A DNA stretch of 64,000 nucleotides, from assembly GCA_035544015.1 (NCBI GenBank), contig DATKIP010000093.1:281454-345453 (forward strand), read 5' to 3'. The number at the start of each line of letters is the position of its first letter. Within the stretch, counting starts at the first letter, position 1. Below are positions 18,526-27,589 of the stretch, piece after piece. The DNA comes from Candidatus Saccharimonadia bacterium (lineage in GTDB: Bacteria > Patescibacteriota > Saccharimonadia > UBA4664). The notes under the pieces are model-generated. The model saw nothing but the letters and a program-made list of their open reading frames with translations, made no database searches and was not told the origin of the DNA. A program made the translations under genes and the position numbers.

Positions 18526-19568
18526 GCGTGAACTGCCCGGTATGCCAAACCGAAACCGCCACCGTTAAAATCGGGGGCCGGGATTACTGTGCGGTGTGTG
18601 GTACGGCAGCAATCCCCGGTGCACCATCCGCACCGCCGGCCAAGCGCGTGTCGCTCGACCTCTCACCCCGCAACCGCACCAATGCCGCCAGCCACCCAAC
18701 CGCCGGCCGTCACGCCCACCCCGCCAACGAACTGCACGCCCGCACCAAATCCGCACACCTGCTCGATCTGCGCGGCGCCGCACCGCATCCGGTTGAGCCG
18801 GCCGCAGTTGTGCATCCCGCCCATCACATCCCCGCCGAATCGCCCGGAGCCACCACCCGGGGCCGCCATCTAGCCCACTTCACCGACCGGTTTGAGAAAG
18901 CCCGCCAGGTCAATCGCAGTCCCCACATCCAAAAATTTGCCGGCGGCCGCATCGTCGAAGAACCCAATGCCCAACCCGAGCCGCCAAGCCAGGAGCTCCC
19001 GCCTCTAGCCGCCACCCACCACGAAGCCATGACGAGGCTCACCCCGACCCCGCCGGCCGAACCCCCCAAGACCCACACCGGCACCGGCGCGCCCTGGCGT
19101 CCGCACCTCGGCCTGAGCGCCGGCGGCAGCCGCACCCTCGCCACCGTCACCGCCGTGGCGCTGATGGGCGGCTACATTTGGCTACAAAACTACCCCAAAC
19201 TGGCCCTCCAAAACGCCAGCAACAAAGCCGGCGTGACAGCCTCACTACCCACATACCTCCCATCGAGCTACAGCCTAGCCGGCACCAATACCAGCCCCGG
19301 TCTCATCACCCTTAATTTTTCCAGCCCCAGCAGCACCGAGCCGCTCAAAATAGACCAACACCGCACCACCTGGGATTCCAGCTCGCTCCTCGACAACTTT
19401 GTCGCCAAAACTACCGACGATTATGCCACCGTGCAGGGCCAAGGCCTCACCATTTACCTGTTCAACAACAACCACGCCACCTGGGTCAACCGCGGCATCT
19501 GGTACAGCATCGAGGGCGCCAGCCGCCTCAGCCGCGAACAAATCCTCAAGATTGCATACTCACTTTAA
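18526..19568 (+). CDS. zinc-ribbon membrane protein, hypothetical
   Basis: CPVC...CAVC zinc ribbon at the N-terminus, a Pro-rich linker, one TM helix (LATVTAVALMGGYIWL) and a Ser/Thr-rich extracytoplasmic domain. A GTG start at 18526 is preferred over the track ATG at 18486, because an AT-rich promoter-like motif lies in between. Confidence 0.45.
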
Positions 19569-19589
19569 GGCAGGGTGTACAAACCAATG

Positions 19590-20075
19590 TCTGAAAAAGA
19601 ATCCATCGCACGAGCTGAAGTCCAGGCTTACGCCGAAGATCCCTTCCGCACAGCCGCTCTCGAAATGGCGGTTAACGCTAAACAAGCACGCGCGACTGCA
19701 GCCCAGTACGAAAAACAAGCCCCACAACCATTTGTAGCCGGATCAGGCGACCTCGTCGGGCTAGCCGAAGCGCAAGCCGCCCGAGCCGAAGCCGCCCGCG
19801 ACCGCCTAGGCGAATTTGCCGTAGAGGCTGGAAACAACGCCGATATCGCCTTCTCCTATAAAGTTGAGCCGACGGGCGCAAAAACTCCCGCAGCGGCCAT
19901 GCAAACGTACGAGCTTGAGCAAGCTGTTTCGCGTGAGGAGCGAGCCCTACGGCTCGCCCAAAAGGACTCAAAAATTCCTGGGCTAGGGTGGGCTCGCCGG
20001 CAATTAGCTAAAAAATCCCCCGCCAGAATTCAACAACTCAAGGAAGCTATCCACCGCAATCTTGGCGGCAACTAA
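19590..20075 (+). CDS. hypothetical protein (Ala/Glu-rich, likely helical)
   Basis: ORF with start at MSEKES. The track starts at 19575. No domain recognised. Confidence 0.4.
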   Translation, partial: SEKESIARAEVQAYAEDPFRTAALEMAVNAKQARATAAQYEKQAPQPFVAGSGDLVGLAEAQAARAEAARDRLGEFAVEAGNNADIAFSYKVEPTGAKTPAAAMQTYELEQAVSREERALRLAQKDSKIPGLGWARRQLAKKSPARIQQLKEAIHRNLGGN

Positions 20076-20228
20076 TAGCGCCGTCACCCGCATAAACAAC
20101 CGCCCGGTTTTACTGTCCCGAGGAATGTAGTCCCCGTTCTTACATTCCCCCGGACAGCAAATTCGCACTCACTCGCATCACACCCCAGCAAAATGTGCTA
20201 GGCTAACAACAACCAACAGGGGAGAGCT

Positions 20229-20567
20229 ATGCAAGACGACCGCGCCTGGGACCGCATCGTAGATGCCGTCGAAACCAAATTTGGCCTCATCGAGCACGGC
20301 CGCTCCAAGCGTCCGGTCGAAGACGCCCCCGATCTCACCGAGTACGTTTCGTTCGTAATATTCAACCGCGACGGCGAAAAGTTTAAGCTCGAACGCATCC
20401 AAGGCCCCGCCATCATCGACCGCAAAACCATGGGCGCCCGCCGCGCCGGCGCCACCACCCGCGTCGAAAACGTTTACGACTCGGGCGAAGTCAGCTTCCG
20501 CACCAATCTCTACCGCGAAGACGGCGCCGACTGGGAGGCTATCGATCCGAGCATGCTCGGGTTATAA
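20229..20567 (+). CDS. hypothetical protein
   Basis: 112-aa ORF with a GGGGAG RBS-like sequence upstream. Ends 9 nt before gltX. Confidence 0.4.
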   Translation: MQDDRAWDRIVDAVETKFGLIEHGRSKRPVEDAPDLTEYVSFVIFNRDGEKFKLERIQGPAIIDRKTMGARRAGATTRVENVYDSGEVSFRTNLYREDGADWEAIDPSMLGL

Positions 20568-20575
20568 TACGGTCC

Positions 20576-21985
20576 ATGTCAAGCAGCTCCACCGCCGTTC
20601 GCGTACGCTTCGCGCCCAGCCCCACCGGCTATCTCCACGTCGGCGGGATTCGCTCGGCCCTGTTTAACTATCTCTGGGCTCGCCACAACGGCGGCCAGTT
20701 TGTGCTGCGCATCGAAGACACCGACCGCGCCCGGCTCGTCGAAGGCTCCATGGATCAAATCAACGACAGCCTCCAGGCTCTCGGTATCGCACCCGACGAA
20801 GGGCCGCGCCAGGGCGGTCCGTTCGGCCCGTATCTGCAATCCGAGCGGCTCGACCTGTACCGCGCGCACGCCGAGCAGCTCGTCGCCTCAGGTGCCCTGT
20901 ACCCATGCTGGTGCCCACCCGAACGCCTCACCGCCCTACGCGAGGAGACTCAAAAAGCCGGCGTCGCCTTCAAATACGATCGCCATTGCCTCATCGCCGA
21001 AAACCAACGCAGCATGGACGAACCGCATGTGCTCCGTTTCAAAATCCCCGAAACCCCCGACACCATCGGCTGGGACGACGCCGTCCGCGGCCGCAACCAA
21101 TTCAAAATCACCGAGCTCGACGACTTCGTGGCCCTCAAATCCGACGGCTACCCCACCTACCACCTCGCCAACGTCATCGACGACCACCTCATGCACATCA
21201 CTCACGTGCTCCGCGCCGACGAATGGCTTCCCAGCACCCCCAAACACCTGTTGCTCTTCGAGGCCTTCGGCTGGCAGCCGCCCGTTTACGCCCACTTGCC
21301 CCCCGTGCAAGGCCCGGACGGCAAAAAGAAGCTCAGTAAACGCGACGGCGCCCAGTCGGTAGGGGAGTACATCGCCGAGGGCTACCTGCCCGAGGCCCTC
21401 ATGAGCTTTCTAGCCTCACTCGGCTGGAATGACGGCACCACGCAGGAAGTATTCACCCCCACCGAGCTCATCGCCAAATTCACCCTCGAGCGCGTCCAGA
21501 AAAGCCCCGCCATGTTTGACCGCGAGCGCCTCACCTGGATCAACGGGCTTATGATCCGGCAGATGCCCCTAGAACAGCTCCTGGAGCGCTCAGAGGCCTT
21601 TTGGCCGCCCGAAGCAGCAAATACCTCGCCCGCCTACCGCCAGCAGGTTCTGGGGCTCGTTCAGGAGCGGCTCAAATACCTGGCCGAATTACCCAGCCTC
21701 ACCGACTTTTTCTTTGCCGATCCCAGCGCCGATGCCCTCGCCGCCGACGCTAAGCTAGCACATCAAGCCCACCAGGCCCTAGCCGATTCCAATTTCACCG
21801 AGGCCGACCTTGAACACCGCCTGCGCGCCCTCGCCGAACAGCTCGCCCTCAAACCCGGCACCCTCTTTACCGCTATCCGCCTCGCCACCACGGGCAAAAA
21901 AGCCGCCCCGGGGCTGTTTGAGACGCTGCACGTCCTCGGCAAGGACATTTCGCTCCAACGCCTAGAAGCTGCCTCCAACAGATAG
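20576..21985 (+). CDS. gltX: glutamate--tRNA ligase
   Basis: Class I aaRS. HIGH motif variant (PSPTGYLHVGG), KMSKS variant (KLSKR), anticodon-binding C-terminal domain. 469 aa. Confidence 0.9.
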   Translation: MSSSSTAVRVRFAPSPTGYLHVGGIRSALFNYLWARHNGGQFVLRIEDTDRARLVEGSMDQINDSLQALGIAPDEGPRQGGPFGPYLQSERLDLYRAHAEQLVASGALYPCWCPPERLTALREETQKAGVAFKYDRHCLIAENQRSMDEPHVLRFKIPETPDTIGWDDAVRGRNQFKITELDDFVALKSDGYPTYHLANVIDDHLMHITHVLRADEWLPSTPKHLLLFEAFGWQPPVYAHLPPVQGPDGKKKLSKRDGAQSVGEYIAEGYLPEALMSFLASLGWNDGTTQEVFTPTELIAKFTLERVQKSPAMFDRERLTWINGLMIRQMPLEQLLERSEAFWPPEAANTSPAYRQQVLGLVQERLKYLAELPSLTDFFFADPSADALAADAKLAHQAHQALADSNFTEADLEHRLRALAEQLALKPGTLFTAIRLATTGKKAAPGLFETLHVLGKDISLQRLEAASNR

Positions 21986-22083
21986 AAGCTGCACATTTAG
22001 GCCTCTCCGGAGCCAACAGGTTTGACAAGCTCGGTCTCCCTGGCCTATAGTTCAAACACTTAAGCGAGTGAGGTCAAAAACCC

Positions 22084-22287
22084 ATGAGTGTTTCTTTCTA
22101 CGACGTTAAAACCCGCCAGTCCGTGGATGTAGCCGACGGCGACGTCTCCAAGACCAAGTACGAGCGCACCACCAAAGACGGCAAGACTCAGGTCCGCTAC
22201 GCCCTCCGCGGCAACTACCAGGGCCGCAACCTGACCAAGTTCGTCAGCCAGGCTACCTGGGACGCCTTCGACGGCCCCGTCGTCTAG
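22084..22287 (+). CDS. small hypothetical protein
   Basis: 67-aa ORF followed directly by a strong intrinsic terminator. Basic and hydrophilic. Confidence 0.4.
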   Translation: MSVSFYDVKTRQSVDVADGDVSKTKYERTTKDGKTQVRYALRGNYQGRNLTKFVSQATWDAFDGPVV

Positions 22288-22311
22288 ACCACCAGCCAAT
22301 CTTGTCCGAAA

Positions 22312-22340
22312 CGAAACGGAGACCCCTCGGGTCTCCGTTT
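22312..22340 (+). terminator. rho-independent terminator
   Basis: AAACGGAGACCC-ctcg-GGGTCTCCGTTT, a perfect 12-bp stem flanked by A and T runs. Confidence 0.75.
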
Positions 22341-22371
22341 AGCATAAGCGGCATGATGATATACTGGAGGT

Positions 22372-23520
22372 ATGAATGAACTCGACCCCCAGACCCCCAA
22401 CCCCACCCCAGAATCCATCATCGTTGCAAATCCCCACGCCAAGCCCAAACCCCCCAGCCGTTGGCTCAAACGCCACCGCAAAGCGGCCATAATCATCGCC
22501 GTGGCCGTAGTAGTAGTCGCGGGCGCCGGCGCGCTGGGCTGGAACCTCACGCACCCCAAAAAGCCCGTTGCCCACGCTACGCCTACGCCCAAACCCAGCC
22601 CCACTCCCGTCCCAACGCCTGTCACCAAACTGTCTCCACTCACCGGCGTGGCGGTGGATCCCGCCCTCGCCAACCGTCCGATCACCGGCGTGGTCATCGA
22701 AAACCAAACCGACGCCCGACCTCAATCCGGTCTGAGCCAAGCCGGCGTCGTGTACGAAGCCAACGCCGAGGGTGGCATCACGCGCTTCATCGCTTTCTTT
22801 CTCGACCAGCGCCCACCCAGCCTCGGTCCCGTCCGCAGCCTGCGCACCTATTTCGTCGACTGGGCACTCGAGTTCAACTCACCCGTCGCCCACGCCGGCG
22901 GCAACGCCGACGCCCTCGATCTCGTCAGCCCGCTGGGCATGAAAGACCTCAACGCCCTCAGCTTCGCCGCCAGCGGCTTCTACCGCACCACCGACCGCTT
23001 CGCACCCCACAACCTCTACACCAGCAGCGACAAGCTCGATCAGCTCCTGGCCACCCACAAATTCAACGGCCCCGCCACGTTCACCCCCAGCCCGCGCAAA
23101 CCCGACACCCCCGTTGCCACCCCTCCTCACCCCAACATTCACATCGACTACTCCTACGCCGGCTATCAAGTCGATTACAAATACGACCCCACCACCAACG
23201 ACTACGCCCGTTCGCTCGCCGGGGCCCCGCATGTTGATCGCAATACGGGCAAGCAAATCCACGTCAAAAACATCGTCATCGAAATGATGCCCACGAGCAA
23301 CGGCACCACCCGCATCGGCGAACAAACCGTCATCATGGGCACCGTGGGCAAAGGCCAGGGCTGGGTGTTGCGCGACGGCGACGCCATCCCCGTCACCTGG
23401 TCCAAAGATTCGCACAGCGCCCGCACCAAGCTCCTCGACGCTAGCGGCAACGACGTCCCGCTCGACGCCGGCAACACCTGGTACTCGATCGTGCCAGTCG
23501 GTAAAACCGTTTCGTTCTAA
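22372..23520 (+). CDS. DUF3048 domain-containing protein (membrane-anchored, Pro/Thr-rich linker)
   Basis: N-terminal TM helix, a PTPKPSPTPVPTP linker, then a conserved core (GVVYEANAEGGITRF ... HAGGN ... YR) as in DUF3048 / YerB-like proteins. Confidence 0.55.
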   Translation: MNELDPQTPNPTPESIIVANPHAKPKPPSRWLKRHRKAAIIIAVAVVVVAGAGALGWNLTHPKKPVAHATPTPKPSPTPVPTPVTKLSPLTGVAVDPALANRPITGVVIENQTDARPQSGLSQAGVVYEANAEGGITRFIAFFLDQRPPSLGPVRSLRTYFVDWALEFNSPVAHAGGNADALDLVSPLGMKDLNALSFAASGFYRTTDRFAPHNLYTSSDKLDQLLATHKFNGPATFTPSPRKPDTPVATPPHPNIHIDYSYAGYQVDYKYDPTTNDYARSLAGAPHVDRNTGKQIHVKNIVIEMMPTSNGTTRIGEQTVIMGTVGKGQGWVLRDGDAIPVTWSKDSHSARTKLLDASGNDVPLDAGNTWYSIVPVGKTVSF

Positions 23521-23550
23521 GATTCAGGTCCGACGCACCCCCACTAAGAA

Positions 23551-24450
23551 CTAACGCGGCCGATCCTCCATAAAACCCCGATTCGGGAAATACTTTCCGG
23601 TTATATCCACAAAACCCGCCATATATTTGGCGTTAACCGATCTACTAACCCTGCGCGCACTTCCAGGAACGTCCGCTTCCAAATAAAAATCAGCCGGGGG
23701 CTCGTACTCCATAGTCCTCACCGCACCCGCGGGCCCTTTGCGCTCAATCTCGTGGGCATCCGGGCCCAGGGGCATTGCCACCACAAACTTCCCACTAGCC
23801 TGAGGACCATAATACCCATCCACTACCGTGTGGCGTATGTCCGGCGGCCCCATCGTATGATCCATGGTCAAAAACCGATGGGCGATGGGACTATGTCGCA
23901 AATCTATACCCCTTTGTTCTTTTAGATACTCAACCGCCTCTTGCGCCGTCAGCGGCCCCGACTGATTCACTCCGATCGCATAATCAGCCCCGCCCAACAA
24001 AACCTCTTGGTCGGCGGGCAATCTACCCTCCAAGAGCGCCGGCGCGGTCTCCCGCAGCTTCGCCTCAATGCCAGCCTGCAATCTCTGCCGCTCAACCGTA
24101 TCTTTTATCATCTCGCGGCGCTTTGCGCGCAATTGATCCTGCTGCTCTTTCCGAAGATTGCCCCACATTGCATTGAATTCTGCTTCATCCGCCAGCTCAA
24201 TCTGTCCCCCCGAAGCAAAAAAGCGCTCAAGCATAGCCCAATGCTTTGCCTGCGCCCGATCAGCCGCTAGCAGCTCGGCCTCTTGTTGTGCCACCGAACC
24301 CTGAGCCGACAAAGGCTCTTGACTGGGCTCATCATCTAGGAATGCGGCCTGATCAGCCATATCGGCCAACGCCTGGCGCCACTTAACTCCCTCCTTCGTA
24401 TATCGAACGTCGCCGATGGGCATAGGTTGACCGGTCTCATATTCGTTCAT
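23551..24450 (-). CDS. hypothetical protein
   Basis: Start chosen at MNEYETGQ (ATG 24450). The track extends to 24522. Charged coiled-coil-like N-terminal half. Somewhat lower GC than neighbours. Confidence 0.4.
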   Translation of the reverse strand: MNEYETGQPMPIGDVRYTKEGVKWRQALADMADQAAFLDDEPSQEPLSAQGSVAQQEAELLAADRAQAKHWAMLERFFASGGQIELADEAEFNAMWGNLRKEQQDQLRAKRREMIKDTVERQRLQAGIEAKLRETAPALLEGRLPADQEVLLGGADYAIGVNQSGPLTAQEAVEYLKEQRGIDLRHSPIAHRFLTMDHTMGPPDIRHTVVDGYYGPQASGKFVVAMPLGPDAHEIERKGPAGAVRTMEYEPPADFYLEADVPGSARRVSRSVNAKYMAGFVDITGKYFPNRGFMEDRPR

Positions 24451-24506
24451 AACCTTGATCTCCACGACGCTTATGCTAAAGTAAGCATAGTTCATAACAA
24501 AATCGA

Positions 24507-25136
24507 ATGAAAGCCAAAACAAAACGGCGCGTCCTGCACGTGCTCACCAAGAAAAAACTCGTTAAACGCAAGACTTCAAAGCACGTCTTGAGGTCGTTTT
24601 TGGTATTGCTGGCTACCGTTTCCATGGGCTCGCTGGCCTACGGCATCACACTCAACAAGCCCATAGTCGGCGTGTCCGTGCACACCTCTGCTGCCGGCGG
24701 CGTCCAAATTCAAGCCCCTGTCATCGCCGGCCCGCCCACGCCGCAGCCCGTAGGCGGCCCCGCCGCCATGACCGGCCGCGGTTCGTGGTACGCACTCGGC
24801 CTCCCCGCCCCGGACAGCCTCACCTGCGCCTCTCGCACCTTCCCGCGCGGCACGTATTTGCTCGTCAAAGACCTCTACAACAACAATACCGTCGTCTGTC
24901 GCGTCAACGATTACGGCCCCGAAGCCTGGACCGGCCGCATCATCGACCTCTCGCGCGGCTCTTTCAGCGCCGTCGACAACCTCGGTCGCGGCACCATCCC
25001 CGTAGAGCTACGAGTAGCCAGCGGACCTACCGGCGGCCTGTCACCCACCGAAAACGACCTCGTAGCAGTGGTCGGCTACTCACTCTGCCACAAATCCCAC
25101 GCCGGCCAATTCTGCGAACAGCACCGCCAAGACTAA
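24507..25136 (+). CDS. RlpA-like double-psi beta-barrel protein (septal ring lytic transglycosylase RlpA family)
   Basis: Basic N-terminus with a TM helix, then GRGSWYALG ... CASRTFPRGTYLLV ... VCRVNDYGPE ... IIDLSRGSFSAV, which matches the RlpA/expansin-like DPBB fold. Confidence 0.6.
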   Translation: MKAKTKRRVLHVLTKKKLVKRKTSKHVLRSFLVLLATVSMGSLAYGITLNKPIVGVSVHTSAAGGVQIQAPVIAGPPTPQPVGGPAAMTGRGSWYALGLPAPDSLTCASRTFPRGTYLLVKDLYNNNTVVCRVNDYGPEAWTGRIIDLSRGSFSAVDNLGRGTIPVELRVASGPTGGLSPTENDLVAVVGYSLCHKSHAGQFCEQHRQD

Positions 25137-25152
25137 AACCCAGCCGCAAAAA

Positions 25153-25617
25153 CTACTTTACGCCCACCAGCTCAACCTCAAACGTCAGCGTAGAATTCGG
25201 CGGAATCCCTTCCTTGGCTTGCGCCCCATAGCCCAAGTCCGGCGGAATCACGAGCTTGCGCTTACCACCCACCTTCATCCCGGGAATACCCTCTTGCCAC
25301 CCCTTAATCACCCCACCGCTCAGCGAAAATTCCAGGCCGTTCGGATCGTGGCGCTCACTGGCATCGAACACCGTCCCGTCGGCCAGCATGCCGGTATACT
25401 TAGCCGTCACCGTGCTATCGGCCTTAGCCTCTGCCCCTGTGCCAATCACTTCATCGGTCACCACGAGTCCCGCCCCAGGCGATGCCGCCACGCTCGAGGC
25501 AGGCGACGAAGCCGGCGCGACCGCCCCGCCCTGCAACACAAATACCGCCCCCACGATCAACGCAATAACCGCCAGCGAAGCAATCACAATCAGTACACGT
25601 GTACCCACAAAATCCAC
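25153..25617 (-). CDS. FKBP-type peptidyl-prolyl cis-trans isomerase
   Basis: C-terminal YTGMLADGTVFD ... GVIKGWQEG ... GGKRKLVIPPDLGYG ... TLTFEVELV is the canonical FKBP domain. N-terminal signal anchor. Confidence 0.8.
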   Translation of the reverse strand: MDFVGTRVLIVIASLAVIALIVGAVFVLQGGAVAPASSPASSVAASPGAGLVVTDEVIGTGAEAKADSTVTAKYTGMLADGTVFDASERHDPNGLEFSLSGGVIKGWQEGIPGMKVGGKRKLVIPPDLGYGAQAKEGIPPNSTLTFEVELVGVK

Positions 25618-25688
25618 CTTTGCTTACATTTCGAATCCAATTGTAACACGCGCTAGCAAAGACCCTGGGGAAGCATTAGAATTATTGC

Positions 25689-27230
25689 GTGGGATCTGAA
25701 CGCTTCAAACGCCGCACACTGGCGCTTTTCTTTATCGTTTCGCTGGTACCGGCACTCATCGTGGGAGCCGTCTGGTACGTCTACACGCAGAGCGCCACGC
25801 TCAATTTCCTCTTTCTCGACTTCAACACCTTCGTGCTACCGGTTATCATGGTCGGCGTGATCCCGGCAGTGATCCTCAGCTTCATTTTCGCCGAACTCCT
25901 CGCCCGGCCCATTCGCCGCATTCACCATGCCACCACCAAGCTCGCCGCCGGCGAATTTGCCCGCCAATTCGATGACGCCGGCAACGGCGAATTCGCCGAA
26001 ATCGGCCATGCCCTCGACAAAGTCGCCACCAAACTCCAAGATACCTTATCCGAAGCCGCCAGCGAGACCGCCGTCATCGAATCCGAACGCGGCAAATTGC
26101 GCAGCGTGCTCAACTCCATGACCGACGGCGTCTTCGCGCTTGATCGCAGCGGCCGCATCATCTTGTTTAACAAAGCCGCCTGCGAACTCACCGGGCGCAC
26201 CATCCGTGAAGTCGCCGGACAGCTCGCCGAAAAGGTGATGCCGTTCCGCCAAAACGGCGAGCTCGTCATGACCCGCTGGCTCGCGTCGGGCAGTGGCGCC
26301 GAGCACAAAGTAGGGGAGTGGAAAAGCCTTGAGCTCTACCGCGCCGACGGCCACAGCCTCTACGTCGACGTGCAGGCGGTGGTGATCAAAGACGACCCCA
26401 ACGGCATCGCCGCCCTCGTCACCTTCCATGACCTCACCAAATCTCACCAGCTCGAAGAGATGAAGATCGATTTTGTGGCTCTAGCGGCACACGAACTACG
26501 CACGCCACTCACCGAAATCAAAGGCTATCTCGACATCCTTCGCACCGAAGCCAAGGGCCTCACCAAAACCCAGCAAGCCTTTCTAGCTCAAGCCATTATC
26601 AGCGCCGGCCAGCTCGGCAGCCTCATGCACAACCTGCTGAATGTTTCACGCATCGAACACGGCGAGCTCAGCTATCAGCCCGAACTTATCGACTTCCGTA
26701 CGTTCATACTAAACACCGAGCCCGCACTGCAAGAGCGCGCCCTCCAGCAACACCGCCGTCTCACCCTCACCGTACCCAAGCAACCCCTGCTCGTAATGGG
26801 GGACGCCTCCGCCCTGCGCGAGGTCATCGACAACCTCGTGTCCAACGCCATCGAGCACACCACATCGGCCTCCGGCACCATCGACATCGAGGTCACGCCG
26901 CGCCGCACCAGCATCGAAACCACCGTCACCGACAACGGCACCGGTATTCCCGCGCGCGCCCTGCCCCGGCTATTCACCAAATTTTATCGCGTTGACGAAC
27001 TCAAGGCACCCACCCACGGCACTGGGTTGGGCCTCTACATCTGTCGATCTATCGTGGAGGCCCATGGCGGCAGCATCGTCGTGGAATCGAAAGAAGGAGA
27101 GGGGAGTACATTTACCTTTATCCTGCCCCGCCAAGCAGTTGCCACGCGCACCCAATCTAGCCATAATGATAATGAAACCACAATCACCCGAGGAGCCCAT
27201 GGCTGGATCAAAAACCATCCTGTTCGTTGA
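25689..27230 (+). CDS. sensor histidine kinase (TM, HAMP, PAS, HisKA, HATPase_c)
   Basis: Two N-terminal TM helices, a HAMP-like linker, a PAS-like segment, an H-box (ALAAHELRTPL), N/G1/G2 ATPase motifs (DNGTGIP, GTGLGL). Confidence 0.85.
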   Translation: MGSERFKRRTLALFFIVSLVPALIVGAVWYVYTQSATLNFLFLDFNTFVLPVIMVGVIPAVILSFIFAELLARPIRRIHHATTKLAAGEFARQFDDAGNGEFAEIGHALDKVATKLQDTLSEAASETAVIESERGKLRSVLNSMTDGVFALDRSGRIILFNKAACELTGRTIREVAGQLAEKVMPFRQNGELVMTRWLASGSGAEHKVGEWKSLELYRADGHSLYVDVQAVVIKDDPNGIAALVTFHDLTKSHQLEEMKIDFVALAAHELRTPLTEIKGYLDILRTEAKGLTKTQQAFLAQAIISAGQLGSLMHNLLNVSRIEHGELSYQPELIDFRTFILNTEPALQERALQQHRRLTLTVPKQPLLVMGDASALREVIDNLVSNAIEHTTSASGTIDIEVTPRRTSIETTVTDNGTGIPARALPRLFTKFYRVDELKAPTHGTGLGLYICRSIVEAHGGSIVVESKEGEGSTFTFILPRQAVATRTQSSHNDNETTITRGAHGWIKNHPVR

Positions 27231-27576
27231 AGATGACAAACCGATCGCCGAGATGTACTCCCGAGTCTTGGAGCGTGAAGGCTTCCAGATAGAATTTGCC
27301 TACAACGGCACCGAAGGCCTCCAAAAAGCCCGGACCAAACATTACGATCTCATTTTGCTCGACATCATGATGCCCGAAAAAACCGGCATCGAAGTACTCA
27401 ATGCCCTGCGCGGCGAAGACGGCAAAGGCAGCGCCCAAACCAAAATCGTCATCCTCACCAATCTCGCCCAAGACAAAACCAGCCAAGAAGCCCTCAAGGC
27501 CCAGGCCGACGGCTACATCATCAAAGCCGACATCGTACCAAGCCAGCTTGCCGGTCTCATCTCCAAGCTACTCTAA
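27198..27576 (+). CDS. single-domain response regulator (receiver only)
   Basis: An AGGAG RBS 3 nt upstream of ATG 27198, which overlaps the kinase stop by 33 nt. The ILFVEDD, LILLDIMMP and KIVILT phospho-acceptor motifs are present. There is no output domain (126 aa). Confidence 0.8.
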
Positions 27577-27589
27577 GCCTAGCAGCAGC

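Noticed and set aside
22461-23415. Overlapping ORFs 22461..23237 (+) and 22879..23415 (-)
   Set aside because: Alternative-frame and antisense shadows of the DUF3048 gene (Arg/Pro-rich or Gly/Val/Ala-rich).
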